DNA from: Stegostoma tigrinum
Lineage: Eukaryota
Reading direction: 5' to 3'
Assembly: GCF_030684315.1 (NCBI RefSeq)
Contig: NC_081355.1
Coordinates: 28,607,316 to 28,671,315, forward strand
Length of the DNA: 64,000 bases
In this document: one piece after another, positions 50,506 through 61,749 of the stretch
How the letters are laid out: the number at the start of each line of letters is the position of its first letter
How positions within the stretch are numbered: position 1 is the stretch's first letter
Notes under the pieces: generated by a model
The model's database searches: none
Seen by the model: only the letters and a program-made list of their open reading frames with translations
Told to the model about the DNA's origin: nothing
Program-made: the position numbers and the translations under genes

Positions 50506-53500
50506 GAGATATTAAGAACTGCCGATGCTGGAGTCAGAGATAACACACTGTGGAGCTAGAGGGTCACAGCAGGTCAGGCAGCATCGGAGGAGCAGGAAAG
50601 TTGGTGTTTCAGGCCAGGGTCTGTCTTCAGAAATGGGGGAGGGGAAAGGGAGATCAGAAATAAATAGAGGGAGGAGAGGTGGGACTGGGGATTGTAGGTT
50701 TCATGGTGATAGATGAGCGCAGGTAGGCAGTGGTGGGGATTGGTCAGTGAGGTGGGAGAGAAGATGGACAGGGAGGAGGCAGGAAGAGAGGGAGGGTTGG
50801 TCATGGGATGAGGCCAGAGGTGGGGAGATTTTGAAACTGGTAAAATCCACATTTAGTCAATTAGGCTGTAGGCTCCCAAGGCGGAATATGAGGTGCTGCT
50901 CCTCCAGTTTCTGGGTGGCATCATTGTGACACTAGAGGAGGCCCAGTATGGACATGTCACCCAGGGAGTTGGTGTGGGAGTTGAAATGGTTTGCGACCGG
51001 AAGGTGTTGTCGTTTGTCGCGAACAGAGCGCAGGTGCTGTACAAAGCAGCCTCAGAGCCTGGCCTCACCGATGTAGAGGAGGCCACACCAGGAGCAGTGG
51101 ATGCAGTAGACAACGTTGACGGGTGTGCAGGTGAACCTCTGTCTGATGTGGAATGGTTTTTTAGTTCCTTGGATGGAGGTGAGGGAGGAGGTCTCGGGGC
51201 AGGTGTAGCACTTCCTGCTGTTACAGAGAAAAGTGCCGGGGGTGGTGGGGCTAGTGCCGAGTGTGGAATGGATGAGGCAGTTGCGGAGGGAATGGTCCCT
51301 TCAAAAGGCAGATGGGGGTGGGGAGGGAAATATATCTCTGGTTGTGGGGTCGGATTGCAGGTGGCGGAAGTGGCAGAGAATGATACGTTAGATACGAAGG
51401 TTAGTGGGGTGATATGTGAGGACAAGGAGGACTCTGTCTTTGTTTTTGTTGCGGGAAGGGGATGTGAGGGCAGAGGTGCAGGAAACACAAGAGATGCGAT
51501 CAAGGGCCTTTTCAACCACCGAAGGGAGTACATTGCAGTCCTTGAAATAAGAGGACATCTGGGATGTTCAAGAATGGAATGCCCCATCGTGGGAGCAGGT
51601 GCAGTGGAGGCGGAGGAATCGGGTGTAGGGGATTGCACTCTTGCTGGAAGGTGGGTGAGAGGAGGTGTAGTCCAGGGAATGGTGGGTTTCGGTGGGCTTG
51701 AAATAGATGTCGGTTTCGAGGTGGTCACCAGAGAAAGAGACAGAGGTGCAGGAAGGAAAGAGAGGTATCTCGAGATGGTCCAGGTGAACTTGAGGTTGGG
51801 GTGAAAGGTGTGAGTAAAGTTGATGAACTGTTCAAGCTCCTTGTGGAAGCATGAGGCAGTGCCGATACACTCATCAATGTTGCGGAGCAAGAGTGGGGGA
51901 TAGTGCTAGTATAACAGCGGAAGAGGGACTGTTCCACGTACCCTACAAAGAGGCAGGCATAGCTTGGGCCCCTCCGGGTTCCCATGGCCACCCCCTTAGT
52001 CTGTAGGAAGTGGGAGTAGTTAAAGAAGAAGTTGTTAAGGGTAAGGACGTGTTTGATTAAGCAGATGAGGGTGTCGGTGGGGGCGTGGGGATCTGGTTGG
52101 GCCTGAAGGAGAAGAAGAAGCAAAGGGCCTTTAGATCATCTGCATGGGAATCCAAGTATATAGGTGTTTCAGGCCACGGTCTGTCTTCAGAAATGGGGGA
52201 AGGGGTAGAGAGATCATGGTGAAGATGAGGTGTTAGGAGCCAGGGAATTGGAGGAGGTGGAGGATATAGGTGGTGTCCTAGATGTAGGTGGGGAGTTCTT
52301 GGATGGAGTGGGGGGAGAAAACAGAGGCGAGGTAAGCAGAGATAAGTGCAGTTGAGCAGGAGCAGGCAGAGACAATGGGTCGGCTGGACAGTTAGGTTTG
52401 TGGATTTTGGGAAGGTGATAGAATTGGGCAGTGTGGGGCTGAGGAATAATGAGTTTGAGGCTGTGGGTAGGAGGTCACCTCAGGTGATGAAGTTGTGAAT
52501 GGTTTGTGAGATGATGTTTTGGTCAGGGGTGGGGTCATGATCAAGGGGGTGATAGGAGGTGTCAGAGAGTTGGCACCTGACCTCAGCTATGTAAAGGTCA
52601 GTGCATCACACCACTACTATGCCCCCTTAATCTGCAGGTTTGATAGTGAGGTTAATGCGGGAGTGGAGAACTGCCCGTCCCTCCATTTCCTCACATATCA
52701 TCCCGCTAACCTTTGTAACCAATGTATCCTTCTTTGCCATTTACAATCCAACCCCACAACCGGGCATATATTTTCCTCCCCACTCCTACCTCCTCCGCTA
52801 CTCCCTCGTCCACTCCACACTCAAGCCCTACCACCCCGGCACCTTTCCCTGCAACTGCAGGAAGTCTACACCTGCCCCCACACCTCCCCTCTCACCTCCA
52901 TCCAAGGAACCCAACAAACCTTTCACATCAGACAGAGGTTCACCCGCACATCGGTCAATGTGGCCTATTGCATCTGCTGCTCCCAATGTGTCCTCCTCTA
53001 CATCAGTGAGACAAAGCGGAGGCTCAGAGACCACTTTGTAGAGCACCTGTGCTCGGTTCATGACAAATGACAACACCTTCCAGTTGTGAACCACTTCAAC
53101 TTCTCCTCCCATTCCCACTCCCTGGGTGACATGTCCATCCTGAACGTCCTCCAGTGTCACAATGATGCCACCCAGAAACTGGAGGAGCAACACCTCATCT
53201 TCCACCTTGGGAGCCTACAGCCCACCTGGCCTAAGTGTAGATTTTACCAGTTTCAAAATCTCCTCGCTCCTGTCCGCATCCCATGAGCAACTCTCCCTGT
53301 CATCGCCGCCTCCTTGACCTGACACAACTGTCCGTATTCTCCCACCTATCTGCCCCTCCTACCTCACTGACCCATCTCCATCACTCCCTACCTGCATTCA
53401 CCTATCATCAGCCCACCTATCTTCCCCAGCCCCACCCCTCTTTTCTCTATTTATTTCTGAGATCCCTTCCACTTCCCCCATTACTGAAGAAGAGTCCAGA

Positions 53501-53577
53501 CCCAAAACTTCATCCTTCCTGATCCTCTGATGCCTCCTGGCCTGCTGTGTTCCTTCAGCTCCACAGTGCGTTGTCAT
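50506..53577 (-). mobile_element. Neptune-like Penelope element, 5'-truncated, with inverted 3' copy; splits a DeuSINE
   Basis: Minus-strand RT (QTKGVAMGT..GPSYACLF) and GIY-YIG remnants at 50510-52640; plus-strand EN/3' copy at ~52670-53577; 13-bp TSD AGTCATCAG(A/T)TCA at 50493-50505 and 53578-53590. Confidence 0.9.
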
Positions 53578-55854
53578 AGTCATCAGTTCATCTATTTTAC
53601 GTCTACTTGAGGGATATCTTTAGCTCAGGACCTGGGTGGATACTTCAGCTCTTCTTCAAAATAATGTCAATAACGGGCCATTTTAAGGTGGAATTCAGTT
53701 TAACATTTCTTCTGAAAGATTGACAATCAGGCAGTGTTACTCTCCCTCAGGTATCCCCGTAGTCCCCAGCCTGTCGTTTACTGCCCTAGAATGGGTTTTG
53801 AACACAAAATGCGCTGATTTAGAGGTCTGAGTGATATCATGGAGCCAAAATTGGAGTTTGAGAAAAGGGTAACAAACAGAATGTGTCCATAACTTTAATG
53901 AATGGGTCTCAATTTCTCCAGTTTGATTATAGAATTGTAGGACATTGCACATTGTTGAACCCAATCCATGTTATGTGTGAATTCATCCATTGCATCACTT
54001 CTGCTTGTGTTAGCAAAAAGAAAGCTTATTATAAACACAACTTTAAGAACTAGAAAGGGATTCCAATCAATGTTATTTATAACATTTGTGGATTTTGATT
54101 TTAATTTCTTTATGAACTAAATTCAAGTGACTTTGACTTCATTTCTTTTCAAATTTTTGCTGACACCAGTGATCTGATATTGGTTGCTGACTGCATGTGC
54201 TCACCACAGTTATTTTCAACAGCACATGCATACATGCATGTGCAATATTAAGCTGATTTTTAATTATAAATTAGAATAAAAATTCCCTTTTTGTTTTGTA
54301 CTTTATTTTCCTCACCCAACATATTCTTTCATTAAAATGTGTTCATTAGTTTTTTGTCTGGTATTTGTCATACTTCATTTAAATAAATTTGAGAGGTAAT
54401 GCTGATGTGCATGCTGTTGAGTGTCAGCAAGTGCAGTCTTTTTTTAAAAGTTTCCTTCCTCTCCTGAGGAATGGACTTTTAGCTTATGTTTCCACAAGGA
54501 CTAGCCATTAAAGAGAACATGTCCCAAGAATGGGCTTACATATGAGAAAATGGGGAGGGGCTGAGAGGTTTAGGATGAGGAAATGCCATGGTGGAATTGG
54601 TAGACAACGGTTTTGAATTTGATTCATTTGGAAACAGGGTGGCAGAACTTGTCATTGAAGATGCATGTAAAGAGTGAAGCCAGTTGATCAGTAGGGAATC
54701 AAGGATTATGGAGAAAAACCAGGAAAGGGAACGTGAGGAACATTGGATCAGCCATGATCCTATTGAATAGTGGAGCAGATTTGAGGGGCTGAACAGCCAA
54801 CTCCTGTGCCTATTTCTTATGGTCCAATTTAGAATGTGATTGTCGACCTTTTGATCAGAGATGAGATTAATAGGTGGAGTGGATGAGAGTCATCAAGGAA
54901 TTCTTAGAAATAGTAGTATCTGAAAAATAATCGAAGTATCTTACCAGTGTGTGAAAAGCATGAGAATGGAAATGGGCCATGTCCTATGGGTGGCAATAGG
55001 GGCTCTTATGCTACAAATGATATGTAGTCAGATGGGAAAAACTACAAGTTCATATTGAGTGACATAGAAGGGGATAGGAATCAGTTGCAGGAGTTAAAGA
55101 TACTGGCTTCTATGCCAGATTTTAGGATAGAGAAATTTGTGACATACACAATGTCTCATGTCTGAAAACCAAACAATCTGATTGTGTGGAAGCCTCAACA
55201 GAGTACTAGAGCTGCAGGCTTGGTCACGACCAATAAATATGTGAAGTCGATGCAGTGAGGGAAAGGATGATGTTGCTGAAGGTGTGCTAGCTGGGTTCAA
55301 ACAGATGGAAATAAGGTTGCCTCACCAAGCCATGGATTGGGAAAGGATGGTATAGTTAATAATGGTGAATGCTGCAGGGCAGCTGAGGAAAGGAAAGAGG
55401 CATGTAACAGCACAGTCAAGGCAGATACAACTTTTGACCATGGCAAGGAATTTTTCTCTGCTGTGGGGAGAGGCAAATTGGAAGTATTTAAAAAGAAAGA
55501 GAGAGTCTGCAGCATTTTGGGTAGCAAAACATGGCACATATTTATTTTCAGACATTTCTGTTCCAAGACACATTGTTTGTCACTGCCACATAGATTAGGG
55601 AGTACCTGAATAGCATCCGCCCATACAAACCAAAACATGTAACATAAAAATGTTCTTGCTATAGAGTGCTGACATACAATGTTACAAGGTACACCATGGT
55701 AGATCAATCCTAGAGAAAAATGGGCAAGTAATTCACTAGTTAGTACTCATCTACAAAAGCTGGCCTCTACATTTTACCTTTGTTCTTTCAGAATGCATGA
55801 TAAAGGATGCTGTGTTTCTCAGCAAGTAATTGCACTTTTCCCTGCCTTTGCCAG

Positions 55855-56047
55855 GAATACGTATTTCCATCAAATTCATCACATGTTGAAACACTGACTG
55901 CAACACTGATCCCAGAAGGAAGCAGCTCTGTGTTTGCACACCGGCAGAAATCTGGAGAAGGCATCCAAATGATAACTCCCAGTGCTGAGAGTTCACTGAC
56001 TTCACAGCCCACTCCCACAGAGACATTAACAGTCGCTACGCAACAAG
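55855..56047 (+). CDS. KIAA0319: KIAA0319 Ser/Thr/Pro-rich stalk exon preceding the PKD domains
   Basis: Strong acceptor ttttccctgcctttgccag, donor G|GTACTA; 193 nt, phase 0 to 1, in frame with the previous exon. Encodes EYVFPSNSSHVETLTATLIPEGSSS...SLTSQPTPTETLTVATQQ. Confidence 0.75.
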
Positions 56048-58240
56048 GTACTATGCTGTTTTTGTATTTCAGCTGAAAGGATGAACTGCTGTTCTAATGT
56101 CATGTTTGTATTGCCATTGGTTTTAATGGAATTATAACCAGCTATTGGACATGTGGTCAGGAGAATAGTGGGAAGCCAACAACAGGCTGCAGAGTTCATA
56201 GAATTTACGGCACAGAAGTTGATGATTCTGACTACATTTCCTGTGCTTGTTCTTTGAAACAGCCATTCAATTCGTGTAATTCTCTTCCTTGTTCATTATC
56301 TGAGGTTAAATATTTCCCTTTTGCGTATTTATACAGTTTTATTTTGAAGGTTGATATTGACTCTGCCTCCATCATTTTCAGGCCACTAATTCCGGATAAT
56401 GACATCTCATTATTTAGCATTGCTCTCCCTTTGGTTCAGCTGCCAGTTATCTTCAATCTGTGTTGTCTGGTTACTGACCCTGCTGTCAATAGAAACTGGT
56501 TTTCCCTTTCTACTTATTGAAACACTTCATAATTTTGAGCACCTCAGTTAAATATCCTCCAAACCTTCTGTACTGGTTTGAAGGGAACAAATGGCATTAC
56601 CCGTGGAAGTGAAGCTAATTTGAATGTTGTCTGAAATTTGAAAATTGATTTTGGTGAAAAGGAAAACCTTGAACATGAAAAATCTGAATTGAAGGAAACA
56701 ATGATGGACAGAAACAAACTCTTTTTTGCCTTGTAGCATCATTCATTTTGCCGTGCATTCACTCCTACCTTCCACCTAACTTTTTTCCATTTGCCTCTTT
56801 TTCCTGCCTCCTCCAGCTCCCTGCCTCCCACCTTTCTCCTGGCCCCAGTTAGAATAGCTCAGTTCAGAAATGGTTCTTGGTACTAGCAGATGATTACTAG
56901 TATAGCACACAACTTTTCAGGATCTCGGGTGATCATGATGTTTTGTTGTTCAGGTGGAGCTCTGGCTAATTGGTCCATCTGTTAAGGACACTTTGGGGGG
57001 AAAATTAGCTGATATTGTCATATTCTGAAGGCAAATAAAGTCTGTTCATTTGAGGAAGCTTTCTGTGGATTTGGCTGCTGCTGTAAATCCTCCCGTCCTG
57101 GGAGAAGACCCAACTTATCAGGATCTGACAAGAGATGGTTGACCTCCTTTCTCTGTTCTTCTACTCTTGACACAATGAAGTGAAATTTCTATAGTGTGAT
57201 GGGAGAACAGTAAATGAAAGAAGGCTATGATAATTTAGTGCTTGTTTGTCTTGTCTACCCACTCAGTATCTTTTAAATGAACGTTATGTCTGGCTAATAT
57301 TAAACCTGCATTCTGTTTCATGGTGCCTATAGTGCCACCATTTCTGATTAGTTCACTGGTTAAAAGCAAATGTATATCCCACTCCCAAAAGGAAAGGTTT
57401 CATCCTGATGTAGCCATCAGGGATCTCTGTCTCCTTGCTGCTAATACATGTTATTTAACATGCAAGCTGCATTATGTAAAGCTTGCACCTTACACTGCTT
57501 CTAAATATATTGCACATTGTATTTTGAAGAGTCAGCTTAGATATGTTGGTTAGGACATTGGAACTATTCACCTGCTGTTTGCACACTGTCATGCAATCTA
57601 TTACATCCACCTGAACAAATAGATAGGCTTTGGACTTAACATGTCTTTTGAACAGTGGCACCTGCAGCAGTGCAGCATTCCCTTAATATGTCACCAACGT
57701 GCTAGCAAAGGCTCATAGAATTGTAAAGCACTTAAGAAACCTGTATGCTCCATTGTAGTTGGGCTGACACTTCAGAAGTGCTCTTCAATTAGCCAAATGC
57801 TCTTTTTCCCCATAGTCCTCCAAAAATTTTGTTCCAGATTTTCTTTCAAATGTTACCAGAAATCTGTTCCCATCAGCCCTTTGAGACATTCCAGAATATG
57901 AGAAGTCACTGTATTTACACAAAGAGAACTTCTCCATCTTCCTCTGTTCTTTTGGCAATTATCTTTAAAGCTGTGCATTTCCTCTGGTTGCCAACTGACC
58001 CCTCAGATTATGTACTGATATCTCTGTAGTCAGGATGAACCTATGTTTCTCTGAGCCAGAGGTGAATATAATAACATTGAGTCATATTGACATTTATGTA
58101 GGTCTGTATACTGCATAAGTGTTGTAAAGAAAGAAAACGTAAACAACCATTTTACAGTTGCTCAGACATATTCCTCAATGTCAATAAAATGTGAGGCTGG
58201 ATGAACACAGCAGGCCCAGCAGCATCTCAGGAGCACAAAA

Positions 58241-58274
58241 GCTGACGTTTCGGGCCTAGACCCTTCATCAGAGA
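58241..58274 (-). ncRNA. Minimal hammerhead motif in PLE terminal repeat
   Basis: Reverse complement CU-CUGAUGA-A-GGGU[CUAG]GCCC-GAAA-C-GUC^AG. Confidence 0.7.
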
Positions 58275-59580
58275 GGGGGATGGGGTGAGGGAACTGGAAT
58301 AAATAGGGAGAGAGGGGGAGGCGGACCGAAGATGGAGAGAAAAGAAGATAGGTGGAGAGGAGAGTATAGGTGGGGAGGTAGGGAGGGGATAGGTCAGCCC
58401 AGGGAAGACGGACAGGTCAAGGAGGTGGGATGAGGTTAGTAGGTAGGAGATGGAGGTGAGGCTTGGGGTGGGAGGAAGGGATGGGTGAGAGGAAGAACAG
58501 GTTAGGGAGGCAGAGACAGGTTGGACTGGTTTTGGGATGCAGTGGGTGGAGGGGAAGAGCTGGGCTGGTTGTGTGGTGCAGTGGGAGGAGGGAACGAACT
58601 GGACTGGTTTTGGGATGCGATGGGGGAAGGGGAGATTTTGAAGCTGGTGAAGTCCACATTGATACCATTGGGCTGCAGGGTTCCCAAGCAGAATCTGAGT
58701 TGCTGTTCCTGCAACCTTCGGGTGGCATCATTGTGGCACTGCAGGAGGCCCACGATGGACATGTCATCTAAAGAATGGGAGGGGGAGTGGAAATGGTTTG
58801 CGACTGGGAGGTGCAGTTGTTTATTGCGAACTGAGCAGAGGTGTTCTGCAAAGCGGCCCCCAAGCCTCCGCTTGGTTTCCCCAATGTAGAGGAAGCCACA
58901 CCGGGTACAATGGATGCAGTATACCACATTGGCAGATGTGCAGGTGAACCTCTGCTTAATATGGAAAGTCATCTTGGGGCCTGGGATAGGGGTGAGGGAG
59001 GAAGTGTGGGGGCAGGTGTAGCATTTCCTGCGGTTGCAGGGGAAGGTGCCGGGTGTGGTGGGGTTGGAGGGGAGTGTGGAGCGAACAAGGGAGTCATATC
59101 CATCATGGGCCTCCTGCAGTGCCACAATGATGCCATCCGAAGGTTGCAGGAACAGCAACTCATATTCTGCTTGGGAACCCTGCAGCCCAATGGTATCAAT
59201 GTGGACTTCGCCAGCTTCAAAATCTCCCCTTCCCCCACCGCATCCCAAAACCAGCCCAGTTCGTCCCCTCCCCCCACTGCACCACACAACCAGCCCAGCT
59301 CTTCCCCCCCACCCACTGCATCCCAAAACCAGTCCAACCTGTCTCTGCCTCCCTAACCTGTTCTTCCTCTCACCCATCCCTTCTTCCCACCCCAAGCCGC
59401 ACCTCCATCTCCTACCTACTAACCTCATCCCACCTCCTTGACCTGTCCGTCTTCCCTGTACTGACCTATCCCCTCCCTACCTCCCCACCTACACTCTCTC
59501 CACCTATCTTCTTTTCTCTCCATCTTCGGTCCGCCTCCCCCTCTCTCCCTATTTATTCCAGTTCCCTCCCCCCATCCCCC

Positions 59581-59614
59581 TCTCTGATGAAGGGTCTAGG
59601 CCCGAAACGTCAGC
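59581..59614 (+). ncRNA. Minimal hammerhead motif in PLE terminal repeat
   Basis: CTGATGA 59584-90, stem II GGGT/GCCC, GAAA 59604-07, CGTC^AG; 2-bp stem I. Confidence 0.7.
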
Positions 59615-59937
59615 TTTTGTGCTCCTGAGATGCTGCTGGGCCTGCTGTGTTCATCCAGCCTCACATTTCATTATCTTGGATTCTCCAGCATCTGCAGTTC
59701 CCATTATCAATCATCTGATTGTGTTTTGTGCTTTTATGCTTTGCTTTTTCTTGTGCCCTGCAGACTAAGACACCCTAGATTCTTTACATTAATGTTGCCT
59801 AGGTGATTGTAGTTGTGATAAATTGAGCTGCCGCCTTCTGCATTCAAAGCAGTCTTGCCAACACTTGAGATTTTCAAATGTAATTCTAATGATTTAAAGA
59901 AAACAAACTTGCATTTGCATTATACCTTTGACAATTG

Positions 59938-60105
59938 CATAGAATCCTTACAGTGTGGAAGCAGGCCATTCATCCCAATGTGTCTATATTGACCCTCTGA
60001 AGGATGCAAACTCCACACAGACAGTTGCCTAAGGCTGGAATCGAACCTGGGTCCCAGAGGCTGTGAGACTGCAGTGCTAACCACTGAACCACTGTTCTGC
60101 CCCCT
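59938..60105 (-). mobile_element. Internally deleted HE1-type SINE
   Basis: Head and tail present; most of the V-core is missing. Confidence 0.75.
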
Positions 60106-60418
60106 ACAGGCTGTCCCACAATGCTTGACAGCCAATAGTGTGCAGCACTTGAGCGTACTTGAAACATGAACAATTCTTTTCTTCATTCTTTGCACTGGGA
60201 CGTTGCTGGTAAGGCCAACATTTATTGTCCACTATAACTATTCTTGAGAATATTATGGTGAGCTGCCTTCTTGACCTGCTGTTGTTCTTTTGGTACAGGT
60301 ATACTCTGTGCTGGGGGGTTTGGGGAGTTCCAAGATTTTCATCCTGCAATGGTGAAGAAATGGAGATATGTTTCAAGGTTTGGATAGTGTCTGAAATGGA
60401 GCAGAATAGAGGGGCACC

Positions 60419-61262
60419 TTAGAATCCTTACAGTGTGGAAACGGGCCACTTGGCTCCACACCAGCTCTGGAAAGAGCATTCCACCCAGATTCAGTCCCAG
60501 CTCCACCACCCCCCCAACATCGAATCCCTGGGACCCTGCATTTCCCATGCCAATTCACCTAGCCTGCACATCCCTGGACACTATTGACAATTTATCATGG
60601 CCAGTCCACCTAACCTGCACATCTTGTGGCTGTGGGAGGAAACCAGAGTAATCGGAGCATAGACTTGGCGACTGCTTCGCATATGATCTACATTCTGCTC
60701 GCAAAAAAGACCCTGAATTACCCATTGCCTGCCACTTTAACGCACCACCCTGCACCCTGGCCAATATCTCTGTCTCTGGCTTGCTGAAGTGTTCCAGTGA
60801 AGCCCAATGCAAGCTGGAGGAGCAACACCTCATTCTCTGCTTGGGGACTTTACAGCTTTCCGGACTCGATATTGAGTTCAATAATTTTAAGGCCTAAACT
60901 CTCCCATGTCCCTTGCCCCCAGCCCACACACCAGGCCTTGTTACCACATAGCCTGCCACTACACACCCCCGTTGTTAGTCATGAACAGTCCCCATCAACA
61001 ACTATTCACCCTCCCAGCCTGATTGCTAGCAACTCCTTTGTCTGTCCAACTATTTTTCTCTCTCTTTGTACTCTATCCTATCCTTTCCTCCCTACCCCAC
61101 CCACCTCCCTATTGTCTGCATATAAACTGACGTTTTCCCAGCCACCATCAGTTCTGAGGAAGGGTCACCGGACCCGAGATGTTACCTCTGTTTTCTCCTC
61201 CACAGATGCTGCCAGACCTACTGAGCTTTTCCAGCAACTTTGTTTTTGAACTGGAGCACCTG
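60419..61262. mobile_element. HE1-type SINE (-) interrupted by a Neptune-like PLE 3' fragment (+, ~60651-61248)
   Basis: SINE core breaks at ...ggaggaaaccagag and resumes ctggagcacctg. The insert encodes RLGDCFA...QCKLEEQHLILCLGTLQ and ends in a CTGAGGA-agggtcaccggaccc terminal motif. Confidence 0.8.
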
Positions 61263-61749
61263 CTTGTTTGTCTAGGTGCTCGAGGTCATTGAACACAAAA
61301 ACATGAGATTGGAGCAAGAATTAGCAGTTGACCTTCTCTGCTATTCAGCATGATTGTGGCTGATCTTGGGAGACTTCAATTCCACTTTCACAACCACTCC
61401 ATGATTCCTTGAGAGACCAAAAATTTGTCTATCCAGCCTTAAATATAGTCAATGATGGAGCATCCAAAACCCTCTGGGTAGAGAATTCCAAATGTTCACA
61501 ACACTTCGAGTGAAGCAATTTCTCATCTCAATCCTGAATGATGGGCTGATTTATCCTGAAATTGTGCCTTCGTGTTCTAAATTCCCTAACCAGTGGAAGT
61601 AAATGCTGTAGCTATCCTCTCAAGCCTGTTTGGAATCTTGTGTGTTACAAAGAGATCACCTGTCATGTTTCTAAACTCCAGAAGATGTAGGCTAATTTAG
61701 TCAACTTTTATTGTAGGAATATTCTTGCATTCCAGGGACTAATCTAGAG

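Larger units (their letters stand above)
58183..59708. mobile_element. Young Neptune-like PLE 3' fragment with ~580-bp inverted terminal arms
   Basis: Arm ~58183-58764 (-) versus ~59095-59673 (+); encodes FPCNRRKCYTCPH...NVVYCIHCTRCGFLYIGETKRRL. Confidence 0.93.

Noticed and set aside
50893-51804. 303-aa plus-strand ORF (and similar ORFs at 58463-59441 and 62029-63582)
   Set aside because: Antisense or off-frame reads of GC-rich Penelope sequence.
58502-59428. 308-aa ORF
   Set aside because: Runs across the inversion junction; only the C-terminal part is genuine PLE endonuclease.
58181-59711. TSD (TCAAT) for the 58-59 kb element
   Set aside because: Only 5 bp and overlaps element-terminal sequence; could be chance.
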